Source: Nannocystales bacterium (GTDB taxonomy: Bacteria; Myxococcota_A; Polyangia; Nannocystales; Nannocystaceae). Taken from it: a DNA stretch of 64,000 nucleotides. The notes beneath the pieces were generated by a model. It was not told the DNA's origin and made no database searches. It saw only the letters and a program-made list of their open reading frames with translations. Of this stretch, positions 1 through 10,730 are shown piece by piece. Both the position numbers and the translations under genes were made by a program. Every line of letters starts with the position of its first letter. Position 1 is the stretch's first letter. The stretch is taken from positions 98,385-162,384 of the forward strand of contig JBOEGF010000012.1 in the NCBI GenBank assembly GCA_050633305.1, read 5' to 3'.

Positions 1-518
1 ACCGTGGTGGTCTCGAGGTGTTCGAGATCGATCTGGAGTCTTTCGCTGAGCGACTGCGACGCAAGAACCACACCCTCAAACGGGCGCTGACCGACCCCCG
101 GATCTTCAGCGGCGTCGGTAATGCCTACAGCGACGAGATCCTCCACGCCGCCAAGCTGTCTCCGATCAAGCTCACGAAGAAGCTCGACGATGACGAGGTC
201 GAGAGGCTTTTTCAGGCCACACTCAGCACGCTCGCGCTCTGGACCGATCGCTTACGGGCGGAGGCGGGCGCGAAGGGCTGGCTCGAGAAGGTCACCGCGT
301 TTCGCCCAGACATGGCCGCGCACGGAAAACGTGGGGAACCCTGCCCGGTCTGTGGTGCCAAGATTCAGCGGATCAAGTACGCCGATCGTGAGACCAACTA
401 CTGCGCGGTGTGCCAGACCGGGGGACGGCCCCTGGCGGATCGAGCGCTGTCGCGGTTCTTGGGGAAGGATTGGCCCAAGACGCTGGAGGAACTCGAAGAG
501 CGCCGTGGCGGCACGTGA
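1..518 (+). CDS. Fpg/Nei family DNA glycosylase, C-terminal part (5' truncated by window edge)
   Basis: H2TH motif ([20 protein letters not shown]) and FPG zinc finger CPVCG...YCAVCQ; frame is open to the window start. Confidence 0.9.
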   Translation, partial: RGGLEVFEIDLESFAERLRRKNHTLKRALTDPRIFSGVGNAYSDEILHAAKLSPIKLTKKLDDDEVERLFQATLSTLALWTDRLRAEAGAKGWLEKVTAFRPDMAAHGKRGEPCPVCGAKIQRIKYADRETNYCAVCQTGGRPLADRALSRFLGKDWPKTLEELEERRGGT

Positions 519-558
519 GCGGGTGGCAGGCGTCCGGGTTTGCGCTACACAGTCGGGG

Positions 559-912
559 ATGCGCGCGCCTCTCGTGCTGTTGTTGCTCGCCGCTGGGTGT
601 GGAGGCCGCGGCCCCGTCTCGCCCGCGGCGCAGGCCCAAGCGGATGCGATCTGGAGTGAGCGCTGCGCGAACTGTCACGGCCCCCGCGGCATGGGCGACG
701 GGCCAGGCGCGGCGGCGCTCCCGACCAAACCCCGCGTCCTTGCCGACTCCACATGGCAGTCGCAGGTCACCGATGAGCACATCGCCACCGTCATCACCGA
801 TGGGGGCAAAGTCTTGGGGCTCGACGCCAACATGGCTGCCAACCCGGATCTCAAGGCGAAGCCCGAGGTGCTGCGCGGCCTGGTGCTCAAGGTCCGCTCG
901 TTGACGCCGTAG
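559..912 (+). CDS. Monoheme c-type cytochrome lipoprotein
   Basis: Lipobox LLAAGC, heme motif CANCHG, distal Met (NMAANP); start reassigned inside track ORF 121..912. Confidence 0.85.
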   Translation: MRAPLVLLLLAAGCGGRGPVSPAAQAQADAIWSERCANCHGPRGMGDGPGAAALPTKPRVLADSTWQSQVTDEHIATVITDGGKVLGLDANMAANPDLKAKPEVLRGLVLKVRSLTP

Positions 913-989
913 CGCCCAGTCCAGGTCGCGCCGGTGTGGGTCGGTTCGGGTCGGTCCACCCAGGGCGTGCGTAGGGCTATAGTGCCGCG

Positions 990-2597
990 GTGTCCGCTTG
1001 GCTTCAGGCCCGCCGCACGACCGCGCTGGCCGGGCTCGCGTTTCTCGGGTCGCTCTGTTTTGGCCTGGCCTCGCCTCCGAGTTCTGTACCTGTGCTCGCG
1101 TGGTTGGGATTCATCCCCCTGCTGCTGGCTGCGACCGGGATGGAGGGACGTCGTGTTCGCGCCCAGTTCTTCGTCGGCTGGGTGGGCGGGCTGTGTACCG
1201 GGTTGGTGGGCTTCCCGTGGATCGGACACACACTGGAACGTTTCGCCGAGTTTCCCGCATGGCTCGCCGCTGTGGGCACGTTCCTGTTCGCGGCATACAC
1301 AGCGGTCCCGTATGGCCTGTGGCTGATCGCACTGGCCAGAGGACCCAAGGCGGGTCCGTGGCGGTTGTTGTGGGCTGCCGCCTCGTGGGTGGGTCTGACG
1401 TCCTTGTGGCCCGCCTTCTTCCCGTACACCCCGCTCATCGGCCTCTCACAGCTCCCCCCGTGGATTCAGGCGGCGGAGTTGGGTGGGGTGCCGGCGGTCG
1501 AGTGCATCGTCCTCGGGTTCGGCTATGCCGTCGTGTCGGCGGCGCTCTCGGGGACGATGCGGGCGCGCAGCGTCGCGCTCGGTATCGCAGTCGCCATCCC
1601 CTCGCTGACCTGGCTTGCAGGGACATGGCGTCTCGAGAGCCTCGACGCCCAAGCCGAGGGCGCACCCGTCGTGCGATTCGGCATCATTCAACCAAACACG
1701 GCGCTGTTCGCCAACCAGCGCATCGACAAGATGAAGCGGCTGTGGTCGATGTCCGCCGCCGCCGAACGAGAGGGGGCCCAGGTCATCGTGTGGCCCGAGG
1801 CGGGGATCTATCCGTGGGTACAGGAGCGACCGTTCCTCAAGGACGGTCACGGACTTCGGCGCGTGCTCCAGGCGCACAAGCTTCCGACGATCCTGGGGGT
1901 CGCGACGCGCAAGCAGGGCGACCCCTACGAGTGGAACACCGCCGTGGTGATGAACGCCGAGGGCGAGGTCGAAGGCACGTTCGACAAGACGGTCCTCGTG
2001 CCCCTCGGAGAGGAGATCCCGATTGTGGATCCCGACTGGGCGCGCTCGATCGTACCCGCGATGTCGCACAACCACGCCGGGGAGGAGCCCGCGCTGTTCC
2101 CGGTGACGCTGGCCGACGGTTCCGCCTCCTACGGGGCGGGCCCGCTCATTTGCTACGAGGATATTTTTGGGGACTTCGCGCGCGAGGTCGCGGGTCAGCC
2201 AGCGGGCATCGAGTTCTTCGTCAACGTGACCATCGACACCTGGTTCGGCGACACCGCGGAGCCTTGGGAACACCTCGCCCTGGCGCAGTTCCGCAGCGTG
2301 GAGCACCGGATCCCCATGGTCCGAAGCGTCGCGGCGGGGGCGAGCTCGGTGATCGATCACGGCGGCCGTCTGGTCGCTTCGGTTCCTGTCACCGATCCCT
2401 TGCCCGGGCATCCGATCCCACCGCAACGCCTGGTCCACGACGTGGCGCTGCCGAGAAACACCGCGCGCTCACCGACGATCTACGCGCGTGGGGGCTGGCT
2501 GCTGGGTCTGCTGTGTTCCATCGCGACCGTGTTGGTGCCGCTTGCTGCCGTCGTTCGGAGCAAGTATCGTCCGCGCGCGAGCGACGCGACCTCCTGA
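990..2597 (+). CDS. lnt: Apolipoprotein N-acyltransferase
   Basis: N-terminal TM helices, QPN, WPE, K-x-x-LVPLGE and ICYE nitrilase-fold triad motifs. Confidence 0.95.
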   Translation: MSAWLQARRTTALAGLAFLGSLCFGLASPPSSVPVLAWLGFIPLLLAATGMEGRRVRAQFFVGWVGGLCTGLVGFPWIGHTLERFAEFPAWLAAVGTFLFAAYTAVPYGLWLIALARGPKAGPWRLLWAAASWVGLTSLWPAFFPYTPLIGLSQLPPWIQAAELGGVPAVECIVLGFGYAVVSAALSGTMRARSVALGIAVAIPSLTWLAGTWRLESLDAQAEGAPVVRFGIIQPNTALFANQRIDKMKRLWSMSAAAEREGAQVIVWPEAGIYPWVQERPFLKDGHGLRRVLQAHKLPTILGVATRKQGDPYEWNTAVVMNAEGEVEGTFDKTVLVPLGEEIPIVDPDWARSIVPAMSHNHAGEEPALFPVTLADGSASYGAGPLICYEDIFGDFAREVAGQPAGIEFFVNVTIDTWFGDTAEPWEHLALAQFRSVEHRIPMVRSVAAGASSVIDHGGRLVASVPVTDPLPGHPIPPQRLVHDVALPRNTARSPTIYARGGWLLGLLCSIATVLVPLAAVVRSKYRPRASDATS

Positions 2598-2624
2598 CGG
2601 TCGGCGGCGCAGCCCCGTATTCCC

Positions 2625-3992
2625 ATGCATGCGCCCCCGTCCAAGACCCAAAGTCGCGGCGCCTTCGGCTCCCGACTCGGCTTCATTCTCGCGGCTGCTG
2701 GCTCGGCGATCGGCCTCGGCAACATCTGGCGGTTCCCCTACACCGCCGGCGAGAACGGTGGCGGCGCCTTCGTGCTGCTGTATCTGCTCTTCGTCGTCGG
2801 CCTCGGGCTGCCCGTGCTGCTCGCCGAACTGTCGCTGGGGCGTGCGAGCAAGAGCAACCCCGTCGGTGCGTTCAAGCGGTTCTTCCCCAAGACGCTGTGG
2901 CCCTACGTCGGCGGCCTGGGCGTGTTGACCGGGTTCGGCATTCTGGCGTTCTACGTCGTCGTCGCCGGATGGAGCCTGTCGTACCTGGGCCGGGCGCTCA
3001 CCGGGACGTTCGATGGCGCAATCACTGCGGAAGAGTCGGGGGTGTTGTTCAAGTCGATCATCTCCAACCCGACCGAGACCGTGGCGATGGCCGGTGTTTT
3101 CTTGGTGCTGACCGCCGCGGTCGTGCGCGCGGGGGTGGGGGGAGGCATCGAACTCGCCTCCAAGATCCTGATGCCGATCTTCTTCGTGCTGTTGCTGGTG
3201 CTCGCTGGGCGTTCGTTGACGCTCCCTGGCGCGGACGAGGGCGTTGCGTTCTTGTTCGGAACCGACTTCAGCAAGCTGACCGGGCAGGGCGTCATGAGTG
3301 CGCTTGGCCAGGCGCTGTTCAGCCTCAGCCTGGGCATGGGCGCGATGATCACCTACGGCTCGTACTTGCCCGACAAGGAGAACCTGCCGGTTGCAGGGGC
3401 GGCGGTCGCATTCTTCGACACCGCGATCGCGTTGCTCGGCGGTCTCATCATTTTCCCCGCGCTGTTCAGCCAAGGCGTCGCGCCCGACGAAGGGCCTGGC
3501 CTCGTGTTCGTGGTCCTGCCGACGATCTTCCACTCGCTTCCGATGGGACATCTGTTCGCGGTCGCGTTCTACGGGTTGTTGTCCATCGCCGCGCTCACCT
3601 CGACCATCAGTCTGATGGAGGTCGTCGTGGCCTACTTCGTCGACGAGCGAGGATGGAACCGCAACAAGTCGGTTTTGGTGCTGGTGCCTGCGACGCTGGT
3701 GCTCGCGATCCCCTCATCCCTGTCGCAAGGCGGCGTGGACTTCTTCACGGACTTCATCGCCGGCAAGGGGTTCCTCGACACCCAGGACATCCTGTTCGGC
3801 AACATTTCCTTGTCGGTGGGGGCGCTGCTGATCTCGCTCTTCGTCGGATGGAAGTGGGGCGCGAAGGAGGCACTCGAGGAGATGGACAACTTCTCCTTGG
3901 GCGCGGTCTGGTCGATTCTGATTCGGTTTGCGGCCCCGATCGCGGTGGGGGCGGTGCTGGTCACCTTCGTCGTCGGACTGTTCGGCGAGTGA
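2625..3992 (+). CDS. Sodium-dependent transporter, NSS/SNF family
   Basis: SRLGFILAAAGSAIGLGNIWRFPY...NGGGAF signature; multiple TM helices. Confidence 0.95.
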   Translation: MHAPPSKTQSRGAFGSRLGFILAAAGSAIGLGNIWRFPYTAGENGGGAFVLLYLLFVVGLGLPVLLAELSLGRASKSNPVGAFKRFFPKTLWPYVGGLGVLTGFGILAFYVVVAGWSLSYLGRALTGTFDGAITAEESGVLFKSIISNPTETVAMAGVFLVLTAAVVRAGVGGGIELASKILMPIFFVLLLVLAGRSLTLPGADEGVAFLFGTDFSKLTGQGVMSALGQALFSLSLGMGAMITYGSYLPDKENLPVAGAAVAFFDTAIALLGGLIIFPALFSQGVAPDEGPGLVFVVLPTIFHSLPMGHLFAVAFYGLLSIAALTSTISLMEVVVAYFVDERGWNRNKSVLVLVPATLVLAIPSSLSQGGVDFFTDFIAGKGFLDTQDILFGNISLSVGALLISLFVGWKWGAKEALEEMDNFSLGAVWSILIRFAAPIAVGAVLVTFVVGLFGE

Positions 3993-4708
3993 ACGTCGTC
4001 CTCCTCGAGCCCGGCGAGGTGCGCTCCGACGGTGGTGCGTCGTTGGATGGTCGCCGGGCCGAGCATGTCGCCAAGGTTTTGGGCAAAGCTCCCGGCGATG
4101 CGCTGACCGTCGGGGTCCGTGGCGGAAAGCTCGGGTCGGCGCGCGTTGTTTCGAGTACGAAACAAGCGCTCGAGTTGGAGGCTTGTGTTTTCGAGCGCGA
4201 GCCCGCTCCGAAACGCCCGATCACGCTGGTGCTCGCCTTGCCGCGCCCGCCCGTGTTTCGCCGGTTGCTGCAACACGTCACCGCACTCGGCATTGAGCGG
4301 CTCGTCTTGCTGCACACGCGTCGGGTCGAGAAGAGTTACTGGATGAGTCCATCGCTGGAGCCCACCGCCATCGATGCCCAGATTCAGCTTGGTCTCGAAC
4401 AGGCGTTGGACACTGTGGCGCCACAGGTCGAGCGGGCGCGGGGGTTCAAAGCGTTCGTCGACGAGCGACTGCCCGAGCTCGCGCACGACGCCCGGGTCTT
4501 GGTGGCGCATCCGGGTCCGTTTCCACCGTGCCCGGTCGATACCGCGGGCCCTGTGGTGTTGCTCGTGGGCCCTGAGGGCGGGTTCATCCCCTATGAGGTG
4601 GAGCGGTTGACCGAGGCGGGCGCGCAGGGGGTTTCGCTGGGCCCCCGCATTCTTCGGGTCGAAACCGCGACGTTGGCGTTGTTGGGCCGACTCGGCGCTT
4701 CCGCGTAG
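3989..4708 (+). CDS. rsmE: 16S rRNA m3U1498 methyltransferase (SPOUT)
   Basis: HVAKVL, EQA, VGPEGGF, LGPRILRVETA motifs; GTGA overlap with upstream stop. Confidence 0.9.
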   Translation: MNVVLLEPGEVRSDGGASLDGRRAEHVAKVLGKAPGDALTVGVRGGKLGSARVVSSTKQALELEACVFEREPAPKRPITLVLALPRPPVFRRLLQHVTALGIERLVLLHTRRVEKSYWMSPSLEPTAIDAQIQLGLEQALDTVAPQVERARGFKAFVDERLPELAHDARVLVAHPGPFPPCPVDTAGPVVLLVGPEGGFIPYEVERLTEAGAQGVSLGPRILRVETATLALLGRLGASA

Positions 4709-4792
4709 CGGCACGAGCGCTGTCCGAGAAGGCGGGGAACCCAGAGGGCTCCACGGTCGACGCCTCGGCGGGTGCCGTGTATGAGGGGTCCG

Positions 4793-5653
4793 ATGGTTCA
4801 GCTGATCGTCACGCATCCGGGCGGCGCCCACAAAGACGACCTTCTTGCCGCCTGTGTACTCGCAGCCCAGCACGGAGCGCCGATCGAGCGGCGTGACCCG
4901 ACCGCCGAAGACCTCGCAGATGCGGGGGTCGCGGTAGTCGACATCGGCGGCGCGCACGAGCCCGAGCGGATGAACTTCGACCACCACCACTTCGAACGGG
5001 AGCACCCGCCCACCTGCGCGCTGAGTCTGGTGCTGCAAGCCCAGGGCTTGTATGACGACGCGAAGCGCTTCTGCGATTGGCTGGAGCCCGCCGAGTGGTT
5101 CGACAGCCGCGGACCGAACAAGACGGCGACCTGGCTCGAGGTTCCCCGCAAGGCGATCTCGCAGCTCAACTCGCCCATCGACATGACCCTGCTGCGGCGG
5201 TTCGCGGGGCAGTCGAGGCACGAGCCGGGGCAGCCGCTGTACGCGTACATGCAGATGGTGGGACAGGATTTGCTCGCCTACCTCTCCACCGTCCGCGCCC
5301 GCATCGCCTTCGTGCGGGAGAACGGCGTCCGTTGGCAGGTCCCTGCTGGCGACGACACCATTGAGGTGGTCTTCCTCCCTCGGACCGAACCGCCCTCGGA
5401 CGAGCCGAGTGCCGCGGCCAAGGCCTACGTCCGCGCCGAAGGGCTGGAGGATACGGTCGCCGCGATCGTCTACCCGGATCGGCGTGGCGACGGCTACGGT
5501 ATCGCGCGCTACGAAGATCACCCGCGGCTCGACTTCAGTCGCGTCCAGTCCGAGGACGACGTGCACTTCGCCCACAAGAGCGGCTTCATGTGCAAAGTGA
5601 CCGCAACGACGCCACAGCGGCTGCAAGCCCTCATCGTCGCCGCTTGGAGCTGA
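4793..5653 (+). CDS. MYG1-like (DHH-fold) hydrolase/nuclease
   Basis: THPGGAHKDD, VVDIGG, FDHH and HFAHKSGF resemble MYG1/UPF0160 motifs. Confidence 0.75.
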   Translation: MVQLIVTHPGGAHKDDLLAACVLAAQHGAPIERRDPTAEDLADAGVAVVDIGGAHEPERMNFDHHHFEREHPPTCALSLVLQAQGLYDDAKRFCDWLEPAEWFDSRGPNKTATWLEVPRKAISQLNSPIDMTLLRRFAGQSRHEPGQPLYAYMQMVGQDLLAYLSTVRARIAFVRENGVRWQVPAGDDTIEVVFLPRTEPPSDEPSAAAKAYVRAEGLEDTVAAIVYPDRRGDGYGIARYEDHPRLDFSRVQSEDDVHFAHKSGFMCKVTATTPQRLQALIVAAWS

Positions 5654-5687
5654 ACGGCGCGTGCGGCCAGGTGCTACAACCGCCCTC

Positions 5688-6830
5688 ATGACGCGCTCGT
5701 TACGGTGGTTGCGTTGCTCGGCTCTCCTGCTTACCCCCGCCGCATGTTTCGGCGGCGAAGGCACGCTTGGAGCGGCCTGCGAGCGAGACGGGGACTGCGG
5801 GGCGGAGCAGAGCTGCCAGCGCGAGATCTGTGGCCTTTGCGGCGACGGCGTGGCACAGGCCGGGGAGGTGTGCCTCGACGGTCCCCAGAGCAGTGAGGCA
5901 CAACCCGCGGGTGCCTTGTTTGTCGCGCTCGCGGATGTGGACGGCGACGGCGCGGCGGACCTCGTTTGGCCCGCGCCCAGCGGACTCGCGGTCGCGCAGC
6001 GAGTGGACGACGGGTTCGCGGGGGCGCAGGAGCGGCCGTTCGATGTCACGGCGCTGTGGTCTGGAGATGTGGATGGCGACGGCGTTGCTGAGTTGCTCAC
6101 ACGAGACACCAGCGGGGGCGCAGCGTTGTGGCGTCCCAACGCTGCGGGCGAGTTGCAGGAGGCCGCCGAGCTCGACCTCGAGCCGCTGCGGAACCTTACG
6201 CATGCGCTCTTGCACCCGGACTTCGGCGTCGTTGGGCAGGTTGGCAACACGCTCGTCCGTGTCGACTTCGAACTCGACCCGTCGACGGTCGAGCTCGGGG
6301 AGGACGTCACACACCTTCGAGCGGCGCCGTCGTTGAGCGACGGCGTGTCGTTTGACCTCGTAGCCGTCACCGATGTTCAGGCTCTAGTCCCGGTGCTCGT
6401 CACCGAAGGAGGACTGGAGCTTCAGCCCGAAATCTCGCTCCCGGAGACGGCCCTCGACATCGCGACGACGCGGTGGAACGGGGATGCGTTCGGGGATGTG
6501 GCTGTGTTGTACGACACTGGGCAGGTTCAGCTTTGGCTGGGGACAGGGAGCGGCGCTCTCGTTGAGGGGCCCAGTGGTGCGGCTGCACTGTCCAGCGAGC
6601 GCCTCGCGGTGTTCGATGTCAACTCCGACCGTTCGCCGGACGTCCTCGTCTTCGGTCCCGAGTCGAGCATGCGACTGCTTGTTCATCGTGGCGCCGAACT
6701 CGACGGTGCACTCGAGTTCGCAGACACCTCCGCGTGGTGGGTTACACCCCTCACCGTAGGCTTAGACCCGTTCGTGGACCTCGTGGTCTACGACGGCACC
6801 AGCATCTCCATCCTCAGGAGCGCACCATGA
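5688..6830 (+). CDS. Lipoprotein with Cys-rich segment and FG-GAP/VCBS-like repeats
   Basis: Lipobox PAAC; CGDG repeat; DVDGDG, WNGDAFGD and DVNSDRSPD repeats. Confidence 0.7.
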   Translation: MTRSLRWLRCSALLLTPAACFGGEGTLGAACERDGDCGAEQSCQREICGLCGDGVAQAGEVCLDGPQSSEAQPAGALFVALADVDGDGAADLVWPAPSGLAVAQRVDDGFAGAQERPFDVTALWSGDVDGDGVAELLTRDTSGGAALWRPNAAGELQEAAELDLEPLRNLTHALLHPDFGVVGQVGNTLVRVDFELDPSTVELGEDVTHLRAAPSLSDGVSFDLVAVTDVQALVPVLVTEGGLELQPEISLPETALDIATTRWNGDAFGDVAVLYDTGQVQLWLGTGSGALVEGPSGAAALSSERLAVFDVNSDRSPDVLVFGPESSMRLLVHRGAELDGALEFADTSAWWVTPLTVGLDPFVDLVVYDGTSISILRSAP

Positions 6831-7276
6831 TCTTCCGCCAGCTCTGCGCCGCATCCTTGGTTCTCTCGTTGAGCACGCCGGCGCTTGCCGCAGAACCTCC
6901 TACGCCGCAGGTCGAAGCTTCCCCCGCACAGACGTCACCCGGCCGTCCGATGGCGGTCGCCGGGAGCGTTCTGATCATGGCCAGCGCCGCGGGTTACATC
7001 GCGATGGCCGTGGGCCTGGGGATCGGGTCCAACGCCGACGCCGAGCTGGGTTCGCTGGGCTCGTCCGACGACATCGAGCGGCGGCGCGAGGTCATGGACC
7101 GAGGCCAACTGGGCAATCGGCTCGCCCTGGGTGCGGGCTTGGCCTCCGCCGCGTTGATGGCCACGGGAATCGCGTTGGTCGTTGTCGGGCGTCGCAGGGC
7201 GCAGGAGCATCGAGCGACCCTTGGCTGGCTGCCGCTCGAGCGTGGCGCCGGGCTTCAGCTCGGCGCGCGGTTCTGA
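6827..7276 (+). CDS. Hypothetical membrane protein with C-terminal beta-strand ending in Phe
   Basis: Signal peptide ending ALA, two hydrophobic helices, C-terminus GAGLQLGARF; ATGA overlap. Confidence 0.7.
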   Translation: MIFRQLCAASLVLSLSTPALAAEPPTPQVEASPAQTSPGRPMAVAGSVLIMASAAGYIAMAVGLGIGSNADAELGSLGSSDDIERRREVMDRGQLGNRLALGAGLASAALMATGIALVVVGRRRAQEHRATLGWLPLERGAGLQLGARF

Positions 7277-7302
7277 GAGACCCGGATGCCCCTCGGGCCT
7301 CG

Positions 7303-8010
7303 CTAGGGGATCTCGGCGTAGAACGTGGAGCTGAAATCCGCGGTCGTGCTGCCGTCGTTCGAGGTCAGTGTTGCGCTCAGGACCCCTGCCACGACGCCCG
7401 AGCTGTGTACGTCTGCCTCGGTCAGGTCCAACGTCCCGAACGCCATCGAGGGATCGAAGTAGCTCTGCCAGGCAGCGCCGACCTCGTTGATGTTCATGTA
7501 GACGCCACTGAAGTCCTGGCTGAGCGCGACCTCCCCGGCCGCCGCAGAGGTGGGGATGGTGACGGACCAGACCGTGTAGCCACCGGCTTGTTGGTAGCGC
7601 ACGAGCACGCCGTCGGGGGTCAGGGTCGCATCGCAGAACGTACGGTCCTGCATGCTCAGCGTCTCGGAGTCCCCGCCCTCGGTGTATGTGATCTCGGTCA
7701 TCGCCCACTGGCCGCGGGGGAGGGCAGGGCCGGTTTCGCCGCTGCCACCGGTTTCACCACCGGTCGAGTCATCACCCCCGCCGGAGGTGTCGGAGGGCGG
7801 GCCGCCGCCGGTCTCCTCGCCCGTCGTCCCGGAGGTGTCGGAGGTCGAGCTCGTGGCACCGGATGTCGAACCCGGGGCTACGGGCCCCGTGCTGCCCATG
7901 GCTGCCGCAGTGTCGGTCCCCGACGCGTCGGCCGCGGAGTCGTCGGAGTCCGTCCCGTCCCCGCATGCGAGGGGGAGGCAGCTCAGACCGACGAAGAAAA
8001 GGCGGCGCAT
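7303..8010 (-). CDS. Hypothetical lipoprotein with Ser/Thr/Gly linker
   Basis: Lipobox PLAC, low-complexity linker, beta-rich C-terminal domain. Confidence 0.75.
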   Translation of the reverse strand: MRRLFFVGLSCLPLACGDGTDSDDSAADASGTDTAAAMGSTGPVAPGSTSGATSSTSDTSGTTGEETGGGPPSDTSGGGDDSTGGETGGSGETGPALPRGQWAMTEITYTEGGDSETLSMQDRTFCDATLTPDGVLVRYQQAGGYTVWSVTIPTSAAAGEVALSQDFSGVYMNINEVGAAWQSYFDPSMAFGTLDLTEADVHSSGVVAGVLSATLTSNDGSTTADFSSTFYAEIP

Positions 8011-8059
8011 GTCATTCCTGACGCGCGCCGCCTCACCCGGTTGCAGTGCTTTTCTGGGC

Positions 8060-9808
<1,749 letters not shown>

Positions 9809-9854
9809 TTTGTTTGCGTACTATCGTTGGTAGACTGCGGCGACGCAACCCGCC

Positions 9855-10550
9855 GTGCCGGTCTATCAACTCCCCAAAGATCTGGTGTTCCCAGATCCTG
9901 CGCTGGCCGACGACGAAGGCCTGTTGGCGGTCGGTGGAGACCTCTCCCCCGAGCGCCTGGTGCTCGCGTACCAACACGGGATTTTCCCTTGGTACAGCGA
10001 GGGGCGACCCATCTTGTGGTGGTGCCCGCGCCCCCGCCTCGTCCTGTTGCCCGAGGAACTGAAGATCAATCGCAGCCTTCGCAAGGCGATTCGACGCGCG
10101 CCCTACCGCATCACGCTCGACACGGCGTTCGATGCGGTCCTGGGCGCGTGTGCCGAGACACCGCGACCCGACCAGGGCGGCACGTGGATCACCTCCGACA
10201 TGCGCGCCGCCTACAACGAACTGCACCGGTTGGGGATTGCCCATTCCGTGGAGGCTTGGCAGGGAGACAGGCTCGTCGGCGGCCTGTACGGGCTGGCGTT
10301 GGGGACCGCGTTCTTCGGCGAGAGCATGTTCGCACTGGCGCCCGATGCTTCGAAAATCGCGTTCGCCACCTTGGTTCAGCAACTCCATGCGTGGTCGTTC
10401 CGGCTGGTCGACTGCCAAGTCGTCACCGAGCATTTGGTGCGCTTCGGTGCGCGGGAGTTCGAGCTGGGCGACTTCCTGGGCCAGCTCGAGGTCGCGACGC
10501 AAGACCGGCACCGCAAGGGCCCGTGGCGCTTCGACGCCGCGCTGCTCTAG
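9855..10550 (+). CDS. aat: Leucyl/phenylalanyl-tRNA--protein transferase
   Basis: GLLAVGGDL, AYQHGIFPW, TWIT, AHSVEAW, FFGESMF, DCQ motifs. Confidence 0.97.
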   Translation: MPVYQLPKDLVFPDPALADDEGLLAVGGDLSPERLVLAYQHGIFPWYSEGRPILWWCPRPRLVLLPEELKINRSLRKAIRRAPYRITLDTAFDAVLGACAETPRPDQGGTWITSDMRAAYNELHRLGIAHSVEAWQGDRLVGGLYGLALGTAFFGESMFALAPDASKIAFATLVQQLHAWSFRLVDCQVVTEHLVRFGAREFELGDFLGQLEVATQDRHRKGPWRFDAALL

Positions 10551-10730
10551 AGCGCCGACCGGCTTGAAACGGCCTGCAACGCACGCCTCTGGTCACTTCT
10601 GGCTGCGTTGCTCGGCGCTCGACGGACCGGGAACACGGTGAGCGCTGAACGACACCACCACAGCTCGCCCCAGGCGTGCACTGGCGGGCGTGTTTTGGCG
10701 GTTCGTCTCTTTTGCAGCCCGCGGCTCGCC

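Noticed and set aside
998..3988. 1236-aa ORF suggesting a giant RsmE fusion
   Set aside because: The N-terminal part is an Arg-rich off-frame shadow of lnt and the NSS transporter; real rsmE starts at GTG 3989
3632..6370. 912-aa minus-strand ORF and other long antisense ORFs (e.g. 23245-25278, 47394-49067, 48955-51567, 51593-53797)
   Set aside because: Antisense or alternate-frame shadows of well-supported genes, expected at high GC; no motifs
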